From the NCBI RefSeq assembly GCF_009914755.1, contig NC_060939.1: a stretch of DNA of 64,000 nucleotides. One strand, 5' to 3'. This stretch comes from the human T2T-CHM13v2.0 reference genome, Homo sapiens. Of the stretch, positions 10,990 through 24,849 are shown piece after piece. The position numbers were made by a program, and so were the translations under genes. Under the pieces are notes generated by a model. That model was not told where the DNA came from, searched no databases, and was given only the letters and a program-made list of their open reading frames with translations. Position 1 is the stretch's first letter, and every line of letters begins with the position of its first letter.

Positions 10990-13900
10990 CCCTTTGATTT
11001 CATAACATTTGAGTCCATTCAATTCCATTCCTTTCGTTTCCATTCCATTTGATGCCATTCCATTCAATTCTGTTCTACTCGACTCCAATACATTCAATTC
11101 CATTCCATCCGATTCCATTACATTCTTTTCATTTCTTATCCATTTCAAGCCATTCCACTCCATTCCATTCCACTCGTTTCCTTTCCATTCGAGTCCATTC
11201 CTCTCCAGTCCATTCCGTTCAATCCATTCCATTCCAGTCCATTCCATTCGAGTCCGTTCCATTCCAGTCCATTCCATTCGAGTCAATTCCATTCCATTCG
11301 ATGTCTTTCCATAACGATCCATTCCATTCTATTCCTTTCGATTCCATTCCATTCTATTTCATTCCATTCGATTCCCTTCCATTGGACTCCTTTCCATTCG
11401 AGTGCATTCCATTCCGTTCCATTTCTTTCCGTTCTGTACGATTCCTACCGTTCGATTTCATTTTGTTCCAGTCCATTCCTTTCGCGTCCATTCCATTCCA
11501 TTTCACTCCATTCGATTCCATTCCACTCGATTCCACTTCGTTCCATTTCATTGCATTCCATTCTATTCAACTCTATTGCCTTCCATTCCATTCCATTCGA
11601 TTACATTCCATGCGATTCCATTCGAAATCGAATCAATTACATTGCAATCCATTACTATTGAGTCCGTTTTATTCCAGTCCACTGCATTCTGGTCCATTCC
11701 ATTTGATTCCATTCCATTCTATTCCATTCCATACAGTTGCATTCCATTGGATTCCATGCTATATCTATAAATTCAATTCGAGACCATTGCTTTTGAGTCC
11801 ATTCTACATGATTCCATTCCATTCAAGTCCATTACATTTGGTTCAATTCCATTCCATTCCATTCCCTTCCATTCCATTCCATTTGATATCAATCCATTCG
11901 ATTCCATTCCATTCGAGCACATTCCATTCCACTCCATTCCATTCGATGCCATTCCATTTGATTCTATTCCATTAGTCTCCATTCAATTCCATTAATCTCC
12001 ATTCCATTCCATTCTACTCCAACTGATTCCATTCCATTCTATTCCTTTCCATTCCATTTCATTCCATTCCATTCCATTTCATTCCATTCCATTCCATTCG
12101 TGTCCATTCCACTCCAGTCCATTCCATTCGTGTCCATTCCATTCCAGTCCATTCCATTTTTGTCCACTGCATTCCATTCCACTCCATTCCATATTATTCC
12201 ATTACACTCCATTCCATTCTATTACTTTCATTTCCATTCAATTCCATTCCATTTGATTCCATTCCACTCGGTTTCATTCCATTTGAGTCCACTCCATTCC
12301 ATTCCATTCCATTCAGTTCCATTCCATTCTGTTCCATTCCATTCCGTTCCATTACATTCCATTCCATTCGGTACCATTCCATATTGTTCCATTCGATTCC
12401 ATTCGAATCCATTCCATTCCAGTCCATTCCATTCGATTCCATTCCATTCATTTCAATTCCATTCCATTCCATTCCATTCCATTCCACTTGATTCCTCTCC
12501 ATTCCCTTCCACTGCATTCCGTTCGATTCCATTCCATTGCATTGCATTCCATTCCATTGGATTGCATTCCATTCGATTCCATTCCATTCGAATCAATTAC
12601 ATAGCAATCCATTACATTCGAGTCTATTCTCTTCCGTTCCATTCGATTTCATTCCAATCCATTCGATTCCATTCCATTCGATTCCATTCCATACTATTGC
12701 ATTCCATTCGATTACATTATATTCGAATAAGTTCCATTCAAGACCATTTCTTTTGAGTCCATTCTATTTGAGTCCATTCCCTTTGATTCCATAACATTTG
12801 AGTCCATTCAATTCCATTCCTTTCGTTTCCATTCCATTTGATGCCATTCCATTCAATTCTGTTCTACTCGACTCCAATACATTCAATTCCATTCCATCCG
12901 ATTCCATTACATTCTTTTCATTTCTTATCCATTTCAAGCCATTCCACTCCATTCCATTCCACTCGTTTCCTTTCCATTCGAGTCCATTCCTCTCCAGTCC
13001 ATTCCGTTCAATCCATTCCATTCCAGTCCATTCCATTCGAGTCCGTTCCATTCCAGTCCATTCCATTCGAGTCAATTCCATTCCATTCGATGTCTTTCCA
13101 TAACGATCCATTCCATTCTATTCCTTTCGATTCCATTCCATTCTATTTCATTCCATTCGATTCCCTTCCATTGGACTCCTTTCCATTCGAGTGCATTCCA
13201 TTCCGTTCCATTTCTTTCCGTTCTGTACGATTCCTACCGTTCGATTTCATTTTGTTCCAGTCCATTCCTTTCGCGTCCATTCCATTCCATTTCACTACAT
13301 TCGATTCCATTCCATTCGATTCCATTCTACTCGATTCCACTTCGTTCCATTTCATTGCATTCCATTCTATTCAACTCTATTGCCTTCCATTCCATTCCAT
13401 TCGATTACATTCCATGCGATTCCATTCGAAATCGAATCAATTACATTGAAATTCATTACTATTTAGTCCGTTTTATTCCAGTCCACTGCATTCTGGTCCA
13501 TTCCATTTGATTCCATTCCATTGTATTCCATTCCATACAGTTGCATTCCATTGGATTCCATGCTATATCTATAAATTCAATTCGAGACCATTGCTTTTGA
13601 GTCCATTCTATATGATTCCATTCCATTCAAGTCCATTACATTTGGTTCAATTCCATTCCATTCCATTCCCTTCCATTCCATTCCATTTGATATCAATCCA
13701 TTCGATTCCATTCCATTCGAGCACATTCCATTCGAGTCCATTCCATTCGATGCCATTCCATTTGATTCTATTCCATTAGTCTCCATTCAATTCCATTAAT
13801 CTCCTTTCCATTCCATTCTACTCCAACTGATTCCATTCCATTCTATTCCTTTCCATTCCATTTCATTCCATTCCATTCCATTTCATTCCATTCCATTCCA

Positions 13901-16900
13901 TTCGTGTCCATTCCACTCCAGTCCATTCCATTCGTGTCCATTCCATTCCAGTCCATTCCATTTGTGTCCACTGCATTCCATTCCACTCCATTCCATATTA
14001 TTCCATTACACTCCATTCCATTCTATTACTTTCATTTCCATTCAATTCCATTCCATTTGATTCCATTCCACTCGGTTTCATTCCATTTGAGTCCACTCCA
14101 TTCCATTCCATTCCATTCCATTCAGTTCCATTCCATTCTGTTCCATTCCATTCCGTTCCATTACATTCCATTCCATTCGGTACCATTCCATATTGTTCCA
14201 TTCGATTCCATTCGAATCCATTCCATTCCAGTCCATTCCATTCGATTCCATTCCATTCATTTCAATTCCATTCCATTCCATTCCATTCCATTCCACTTGA
14301 TTCCTCTCCATTCCCTTCCACTGCATTCCGTTCGATTCCATTCCATTGCATTGCATTCCATTCCATTGGATTGCATTCCATTCGATTCCATTCCATTCGA
14401 ATCAATTACATAGCAATCCATTACATTCGAGTCTATTCTCTTCCGTTCCATTCGATTTCGTTCCAATCCATTCGATTCCATTCCATTCGATTCCATTCCA
14501 TACTATTGCATTCCATTCGATTACATTATATTCGAATAAGTTCCATTCAAGACCATTTCTTTTGAGTCCATTCTATTTGAGTCCATTCCCTTTGATTTCA
14601 TAACATTTGAGTCCATTCAATTCCATTCCTTTCGTTTCCATTCCATTTGATGCCATTCCATTCAATTCTGTTCTACTCGACTCCAATACATTCAATTCCA
14701 TTCCATCCGATTCCATTACATTCTTTTCATTTCTTATCCATTTCAAGCCATTCCACTCCATTCCATTCCACTCGTTTCCTTTCCATTCGAGTCCATTCCT
14801 CTCCAGTCCATTCCGTTCAATCCATTCCATTCCAGTCCATTCCATTCGAGTCCGTTCCATTCCAGTCCATTCCATTCGAGTCAATTCCATTCCATTCGAT
14901 GTCTTTCCATAACGATCCATTCCATTCTATTCCTTTCGATTCCATTCCATTCTATTTCATTCCATTCGATTCCCTTCCATTGGACTCCTTTCCATTCGAG
15001 TGCATTCCATTCCGTTCCATTTCTTTCCGTTCTGTACGATTCCTACCGTTCGATTTCATTTTGTTCCAGTCCATTCCTTTCGCGTCCATTCCATTCCATT
15101 TCACTCCATTCGATTCCATTCCACTCGATTCCACTTCGTTCCATTTCATTGCATTCCATTCTATTCAACTCTATTGCCTTCCATTCCATTTCATTCGATT
15201 ACATTCCATGCGATTCCATTCGAAATCGAATCAATTACATTGCAATCCATTACTATTGAGTCCGTTTTATTCCAGTCCACTGCATTCTGGTCCATTCCAT
15301 TTGATTCCATTCCATTCTATTCCATTCCATACAGTTGCATTCCATTGGATTCCATGCTATATCTATAAATTCAATTCGAGACCATTGCTTTTGAGTCCAT
15401 TCTACATGATTCCATTCCATTCAAGTCCATTACATTTGGTTCAATTCCATTCCATTCCATTCCCTTCCATTCCATTCCATTTGATATCAATCCATTCGAT
15501 TCCATTCCATTCGAGCACATTCCATTCCACTCCATTCCATTCGATGCCATTCCATTTGATTCTATTCCATTAGTCTCCATTCAATTCCATTAATCTCCAT
15601 TCCATTCCATTCTACTCCAACTGATTCCATTCCATTCTATTCCTTTCCATTCCATTTCATTCCATTCCATTCCATTTCATTCCATTCCATTCCATTCGTG
15701 TCCATTCCACTCCAGTCCATTCCATTCGTGTCCATTCCATTCCAGTCCATTCCATTTTTGTCCACTGCATTCCATTCCACTCCATTCCATATTATTCCAT
15801 TACACTCCATTCCATTCTATTACTTTCATTTCCATTCAATTCCATTCCATTTGATTCCATTCCACTCGGTTTCATTCCATTTGAGTCCACTCCATTCCAT
15901 TCCATTCCATTCAGTTCCATTCCATTCTGTTCCATTCCATTCCGTTCCATTACATTCCATTCCATTTGGTACCATTCCATATTGTTCCATTCGATTCCAT
16001 TCGAATCCATTCCATTCCAGTCCATTCCATTCGATTCCATTCCATTCATTTCAATTCCATTCCATTCCATTCCATTCCATTCCACTTGATTCCTCTCCAT
16101 TCCCTTCCACTGCATTCCGTTCGATTCCATTCCATTGCATTGCATTCCATTCCATTGGATTGCATTCCATTCGATTCCATTCCATTCGAATCAATTACAT
16201 AGCAATCCATTACATTCGAGTCTATTCTCTTCCGTTCCATTCGATTTCATTCCAATCCATTCGATTCCATTCCATTCGATTCCATTCCATACTATTGCAT
16301 TCCATTCGATTACATTATATTCGAATAAGTTCCATTCAAGACCATTTCTTTTGACTCCATTCTATTTGAGTCCATTCCCTTTGATTCCATAACATTTGAG
16401 TCCATTCAATTCCATTCCTTTCGTTTCCATTCCATTTGATGCCATTCCATTCAATTCTGTTCTACTCGACTCCAATACATTCAATTCCATTCCATCCGAT
16501 TCCATTACATTCTTTTCATTTCTTATCCATTTCAAGCCATTCCACTCCATTCCATTCCACTCGTTTCCTTTCCATTCGAGTCCATTCCTCTCCAGTCCAT
16601 TCCGTTCAATCCATTCCATTCCAGTCCATTCCATTCGAGTCCGTTCCATTCCAGTCCATTCCATTCGAGTCAATTCCATTCCATTCGATGTCTTTCCATA
16701 ACGATCCATTCCATTCTATTCCTTTCGATTCCATTCCATTCTATTTCATTCCATTCGATTCCCTTCCATTGGACTCCTTTCCATTCGAGTGCATTCCATT
16801 CCGTTCCATTTCTTTCCGTTCTGTACGATTCCTACCGTTCGATTTCATTTTGTTCCAGTCCATTCCTTTCGCGTCCATTCCATTCCATTTCACTGCATTC

Positions 16901-18190
16901 GATTCCATTCCATTCGATTCCATTCTACTCGATTCCACTTCGTTCCATTTCATTGCATTCCATTCTATTCAACTCTATTTCCTTCCATTCCATTCCATTC
17001 GATTACATTCCATGCGATTCCATTCGAAATCGAATCAATTACATTGAAATTCATTACTATTTAGTCCGTTTTATTCCAGTCCACTGCATTCTGGTCCATT
17101 CCATTTGATTCCATTCCATTCTATTCCATTCCATACAGTTGCATTCCATTGGATTCCATGCTATATCTATAAATTCAATTCGAGACCATTGCTTTTGAGT
17201 CCATTCTATATGATTCCATTCCATTCAAGTCCATTACATTTGGTTCAATTCCATTCAATTCCATTCCCTTCCATTCCATTCCATTTGATATCAATCCATT
17301 CGATTCCATTCCATTCGAGCACATTCCATTCGAGTCCATTCCATTCGATGCCATTCCATTTGATTCTATTCCATTAGTCTCCATTCAATTCCATTAATCT
17401 CCTTTCCATTCCATTCTACTCCAACTGATTCCATTCCATTCTATTCCTTTCCATTCCATTTCATTCCATTCCATTCCATTTCATTCCATTCCATTCCATT
17501 CGTGTCCATTCCACTCCAGTCCATTCCATTCGTGTCCATTCCATTCCAGTCCATTCCATTTGTGTCCACTGCATTCCATTCCACTCCATTCCATATTATT
17601 CCATTACACTCCATTCCATTCTATTACTTTCATTTCCATTCAATTCCATTCCATTTGATTCCATTCCACTCGGTTTCATTCCATTTGAGTCCACTCCATT
17701 CCATTCCATTCCATTCCATTCAGTTCCATTCCATTCTGTTCCATTCCATTCCGTTCCATTACATTCCATTCCATTCGGTACCATTCCATATTGTTCCATT
17801 CGATTCCATTCGAATCCATTCCATTCCAGTCCATTCCATTCGATTCCATTCCATTCATTTCAATTCCATTCCATTCCATTCCATTCCATTCCACTTGATT
17901 CCTCTCCATTCCCTTCCACTGCATTCCGTTCGATTCCATTCCATTGCATTGCATTCCATTCCATTGGATTGCATTCCATTCGATTCCATTCCATTCGAAT
18001 CAATTACATAGCAATCCATTACATTCGAGTCTATTCTCTTCCGTTCCATTCGATTTCGTTCCAATCCATTCGATTCCATTCCATTCGATTCCATTCCATA
18101 CTATTGCATTCCATTCGATTACATTATATTCGAATAAGTTCCATTCAAGACCATTTCTTTTGAGTCCATTCTATTTGAGTCCATTCCCTT
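10990..18190 (+). repeat. Tandem 3598-bp dimer duplication (U7-U8 / U9-U10)
   Basis: Spacings alternate 1789/1809/1789/1809. Variants recur at +3598: GATTTCATAAC (~10996/14594), CTACATG (~11804/15402), ATTTCATTCCAAT (~12646/16244), a 15-bp insertion (~13311/16909) and ATTGAAATTCATTACTATTTAG (~13445/17043). Confidence 0.9.
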
Positions 18191-21100
18191 TGATTCCATA
18201 ACATTTGAGTCCATTCAATTCCATTCCTTTCGTTTCCATTCCATTTGATGCCATTCCATTCAATTCTGTTCTACTCGACTCCAATACATTCAATTCCATT
18301 CCATCCGATTCCATTACATTCTTTTCATTTCTTATCCATTTCAAGCCATTCCACTCCATTCCATTCCACTCGTTTCCTTTCCATTCGAGTCCATTCCTCT
18401 CCAGTCCATTCCGTTCAATCCATTCCATTCCAGTCCATTCCATTCGAGTCCGTTCCATTCCAGTCCATTCCATTCGAGTCAATTCCATTCCATTCGATGT
18501 CTTTCCATAACGATCCATTCCATTCTATTCCTTTCGATTCCATTCCATTCTATTTCATTCCATTCGATTCCCTTCCATTGGACTCCTTTCCATTCGAGTG
18601 CATTCCATTCCTTTCCATTTCTTTCCGTTCTGTACGATTCCTACCGTTCGATTTCATTTTGTTCCAGTCCATTCCTTTCGCGTCCATTCCATTCCATTTC
18701 ACTCCATTCGATTCCATTCCACTCGATTCCACTTCGTTCCATTTCATTGCATTCCATTCTATTCAACTCTATTGCCTTCCATTCCATTCCATTCGATTAC
18801 ATTCCATGCGATTCCATTCGAAATCGAATCAATTACATTGCAATCCATTACTATTGAGTCCGTTTTATTCCAGTCCACTGCATTCTGGTCCATTCCATTT
18901 GATTCCATTCCATTCTATTCCATTCCATACAGTTGCATTCCATTGGATTCCATGCTATATCTATAAATTCAATTCGAGACCATTGCTTTTGAGTCCATTC
19001 TATATGATTCCATTCCATTCAAGTCCATTACATTTGGTTCAATTCCATTCCATTCCATTCCCTTCCATTCCATTCCATTTGATATCAATCCATTCGATTC
19101 CATTCCATTCGAGCACATTCCATTCGAGTCCATTCCATTCGATGCCATTCCATTTTATTCTATTCCATTAGTCTCCATTCAATTCCATTAATCTCCTTTC
19201 CTTTCCATTCTATTCCAACTGATTCCATTCCATTCTATTCCTTTCCATTCCATTTCATTCCATTCCATTCCATTTCATTCCATTCCATTCCATTCGTGTC
19301 CATTCCACTCCAGTCCATTCCATTCGTGTCCATTCCATTCCAGTCCATTCCATTTGTGTCCACTGCATTCCATTCCACTCCATTCCATATTATTCCATTA
19401 CACTCCATTCCATTCTATTACTTTCATTTCCATTCAATTCCATTCCATTTGATTCCATTCCACTCGGTTTCATTCCATTTGAGTCCACTCCATTCCATTC
19501 CATTCCATTCCATTCAGTTTCATTCCATTCTGTTACATTCCATTCCGTTCCATTACATTCCATTCCATTCGGTACCATTCCATATTGTTCCATTCGATTC
19601 CATTCGAATCCATTCCATTCCAGTCCATTCCATTCGATTCCATTCCATTCATTTCAATTCCATTCCATTCCATTCCATTACATTCCACTTGATTCCTCTC
19701 CATTCCCTTCCACTGCATTCCGTTCGATTCCATTCCATTGCATTGCATTCCATTCCATTGGATTGCATTCCATTCGATTCCATTCCATTCGAATCAATTA
19801 CATAGCAATCCATTACATGCGAGTCTATTCTCTTCCGTTCCATTCGATTTCGTTCCAATCCATTCGATTCCATTCCATTCGATTCCATTCCATACTATTG
19901 CATTCCATTCGATTACATTATATTCGAATAAGTTCCATTCAAGACCATTTCTTTTGAGTCCATTCTATTTGAGTCCATTCCCTTTGATTCCATAACATTT
20001 GAGTCCATTCAATTCCATTCCTTTCGTTTCCATTCCATTTGATGCCATTCCATTCAATTCTGTTCTACTCGACTCCAATACATTCAATTCCATTCCATCC
20101 GATTCCATTACATTCTTTTCATTTCTTATCCATTTCAAGCCATTCCACTCCATTCCATTCCACTCGTTTCCTTTCCATTCGAGTCCATTCCTCTCCAGTC
20201 CATTCCGTTCAATCCATTCCATTCCAGTCCATTCCATTCGAGTCCGTTCCATTCCAGTCCATTCCATTCGATTCCGTTCCATTCCAGTCCATTCCATTCG
20301 AGTCAATTCCATTCCATTCGATGTCTTTCCATAACGATCCATTCCATTCTATTCCTTTCGATTCCATTCCATTCTATTTCATTCCATTCGATTCCCTTCC
20401 ATTGGACTCCTTTCCATTCGAGTGCATTCCATTCCTTTCCATTTCTTTCCGTTCTGTACGATTCCTACCGTTTGATTTCATTTTGTTCCAGTCCATTCCT
20501 TTCGCGTCCATTCCATTCCATTTCACTCCATTCGATTCCATTCCACTCGATTCCACTTCGTTCCATTTCATTGCATTCCATTCTATTCAACTCTATTGCC
20601 TTCCATTCCATTCCATTCGATTACATTCCATGCGATTCCATTCGAAATCGAATCAATTACATTGCAATCCATTACTATTGAGTCCGTTTTATTCCAGTCC
20701 ACTGCATTCTGGTCCATTCCATTTGATTCCATTCCATTCTATTCCATTCCATACAGTTGCATTCCATTGGATTCCATGCTATATCTATAAATTCAATTCG
20801 AGACCATTGCTTTTGAGTCCATTCTATATGATTCCATTCCATTCAAGTCCATTACATTTGGTTCAATTCCATTCCATTCCATTCCCTTCCATTCCATTCC
20901 ATTTGATATCAATCCATTCGATTCCATTCCATTCGAGCACATTCCATTCCACTCCATTCCATTCGATGCCATTCCATTTGATTCTATTCCATTAGTCTCC
21001 ATTCAATTCCATTAATCTCCATTCCATTCCATTCTACTCCAACTGATTCCATTCCATTCTATTCCTTTCCATTCCATTTCATTCCATTCCATTCCATTTC

Positions 21101-24100
21101 ATTCCATTCCATTCCATTCGTGTCCATTCCACTCCAGTCCATTCCATTCGTGTCCATTCCATTCCAGTCCATTCCATTTTTGTCCACTGCATTCCATTCC
21201 ACTCCATTCCATATTATTCCATTACACTCCATTCCATTCTATTACTTTCATTTCCATTCAATTCCATTCCATTTGATTCCATTCCACTCGGTTTCATTCC
21301 ATTTGAGTCCACTCCATTCCATTCCATTCCATTCCATTCTGTTCCATTCCATTCCGTTCCATTACATTCCATTCCATTCGGTACCATTCCATATTGTTCC
21401 ATTCGATTCCATTCGAATCCATTCCATTCCAGTCCATTCCATTCGATTCCATTCCATTCATTTCAATTCCATTCCATTCCATTCCATTACATTCCTCTTG
21501 ATTCCTCTCCATTCCCTTCCACTGCATTCCGTTCGATTCCATTCCATTGCATTGCATTCCATTCCATTGGATTGCATTCCATTCGATTCCATTCCATTCG
21601 AATCAATTACATAGCAATCCATTACATTCGAGTCTATTCTCTTCCGTTCCATTCGATTTCGTTCCAATCCATTCGATTCCATTCCATTCGATTCCATTCC
21701 ATACTATTGCATTCCATTCGGTTACATTATATTCGAATAAGTTCCATTCAAGACCATTTCTTTTGAGTCCATTCTATTTGAGTCCATTCCCTTTGATTCC
21801 ATAACATTTGAGTCCATTCAATTCCATTCCTTTCGTTTCCATTCCATTTGATGCCATTCCATTCAATTCTGTTCTACTCGACTCCAATACATTCAATTCC
21901 ATTCCATCCGATTCCATTACATTCTTTTCATTTCTTATCCATTTCAAGCCATTCCACTCCATTCCATTCCACTCGTTTCCTTTCCATTCGAGTCCATTCC
22001 TCTCCAGTCCATTCCGTTCAATCCATTCCATTCCAGTCCATTCCATTCGAGTCCGTTCCATTCCAGTCCATTCCATTCGAGTCAATTCCATTCCATTCGA
22101 TGTCTTTCCATAACGATCCATTCCATTCTATTCCTTTCGATTCCATTCCATTCTATTTCATTCCATTCGATTCCCTTCCATTGGACTCCTTTCCATTCGA
22201 GTGCATTCCATTCCGTTCCATTTCTTTCCGTTCTGTACGATTCCTACCGTTCGATTTCATTTTGTTCCAGTCCATTCCTTTCGCGTCCATTCCATTCCAT
22301 TTCACTCCATTCGATTCCATTCCACTCGATTCCACTTCGTTCCATTTCATTGCATTCCATTCTATTCAACTCTATTGCCTTCCATTCCATTCCATTCGAT
22401 TACATTCCATGCGATTCCATTCGAAATCGAATCAATTACATTGCAATCCATTACTATTGAGTCCGTTTTATTCCAGTCCACTGCATTCTGGTCCATTCCA
22501 TTTGATTCCATTCCATTCTATTCCATTCCATACAGTTGCATTCCATTGGATTCCATGCTATATCTATAAATTCAATTGGAGACCATTGCTTTTGAGTCCA
22601 TTCTATATGATTCCATTCCATTCAAGTCCATTACATTTGGTTCAATTCCATTCCATTCCATTCCCCTCCATTCCATTCCATTTGATATCAATCCATTCGA
22701 TTCCATTCCATTCGAGCACATTCCATTCGAGTCCATTCCATTCGATGCCATTCCATTTTATTCTATTCCATTAGTCTCCATTCAATTCCATTAATCTCCT
22801 TTCCTTTCCATTCTATTCCAACTGATTCCATTCCATTCTATTCCTTTCCATTCCATTTCATTCCATTCCATTCCATTTCATTCCATTCCATTCCATTCGT
22901 GTCCATTCCACTCCAGTCCATTCCATTCGTGTCCATTCCATTCCAGTCCATTCCATTTGTGTCCACTGCATTCCATTCCACTCCATTCCATATTATTCCA
23001 TTACACTCCATTCCATTCTATTACTTTCATTTCCATTCAATTCCATTCCATTTGATTCCATTCCACTCGGTTTCATTCCATTTGAGTCCACTCCATTCCA
23101 TTCCATTCCATTCCATTCAGTTTCATTCCATTCTGTTCCATTCCATTCCGTTCCATTACATTCCATTCCATTCGGTACCATTCCATATTGTTCCATTCGA
23201 TTCCATTCGAATCCATTCCATTCCAGTCCATTCCATTCGATTCCATTCCATTCATTTCAATTCCATTCCATTCCATTCCATTACATTCCACTTGATTCCT
23301 CTCCATTCCCTTCCACTGCATTCCGTTCGATTCCATTCCATTGCATTGCATTCCATTCCATTGGATTGCATTCCATTCGATTCCATTCCATTCGAATCAA
23401 TTACATAGCAATCCATTACATTCGAGTCTATTCTCTTCCGTTCCATTCGTTTTCGTTCCAATCCATTCGATTCCATTCCATTCGATTCCATTCCATACTA
23501 TTGCATTCCATTCGATTACATTATATTCGAATAAGTTCCATTCAAGACCATTTCTTTTGAGTCCATTCTATTTGAGTCCATTCCCTTTGATTCCATAACA
23601 TTTGAGTCCATTCAATTCCATTCCTTTCGTTTCCATTCCATTTGATGCCATTCCATTCAATTCTGTTCTACTCGACTCCAATACATTCAATTCCATTCCA
23701 TCCGATTCCATTACATTCTTTTCATTTCTTATCCATTTCAAGCCATTCCACTCCATTCCATTCCACTCGTTTCCTTTCCATTCGAGTCCATTCCTCTCCA
23801 GTCCATTCCGTTCAATCCATTCCATTCCAGTCCATTCCATTCGAGTCCGTTCCATTCCAGTCCATTCCATTCGAGTCAATTCCATTCCATTCGATGTCTT
23901 TCCATAACGAACCATTCCATTCTATTCCTTTCGATTCCATTCCATTCTATTTCATTCCATTCGATTCCCTTCCATTGGACTCCTTTCCATTCGAGTGCAT
24001 TCCATTCCTTTCCATTTCTTTCCGTTCTGTACGATTCCTACCGTTCGATTTCATTTTGTTCCAGTCCATTCCTTTCGCGTCCATTCCATTCCATTTCACT

Positions 24101-24849
24101 CCATTCGATTCCATTCCACTCGATTCCACTTCGTTCCATTTCATTGCATTCCATTCTATTCAACTCTATTGCCTTCCATTCCATTCCATTCGATTACATT
24201 CCATGCGATTCCATTCGAAATCGAATCAATTACATTGCAATCCATTACTATTGAGTCCGTTTTATTCCAGTCCACTGCATTCTGGTCCATTCCATTTGAT
24301 TCCATTCCATTCTATTCCATTCCATACAGTTGCATTCCATTGGATTCCATGCTATATCTATAAATTCAATTCGAGACCATTGCTTTTGAGTCCATTCTAT
24401 ATGATTCCATTCCATTCAAGTCCATTACATTTGGTTCAATTCCATTCCATTCCATTCCCTTCCATTCCATTCCATTTGATATCAATCCATTCGATTCCAT
24501 TCCATTCGAGCACATTCCATTCCACTCCATTCCATTCGATGCCATTCCATTTGATTCTATTCCATTAGTCTCCATTCAATTCCATTAATCTCCATTCCAT
24601 TCCATTCTACTCCAACTGATTCCATTCCATTCTATTCCTTTCCATTCCATTTCATTCCATTCCATTCCATTTCATTCCATTCCATTCCATTCGTGTCCAT
24701 TCCACTCCAGTCCATTCCATTCGTGTCCATTCCATTCCAGTCCATTCCATTTTTGTCCACTGCATTCCATTCCACTCCATTCCATATTATTCCATTACAC
24801 TCCATTCCATTCTATTACTTTCATTTCCATTCAATTCCATTCCATTTGA

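Noticed and set aside
15961-15975. Apparent loss of the KpnI site in U9
   Set aside because: The change is CGGTACC to TGGTACC, so GGTACC is intact.
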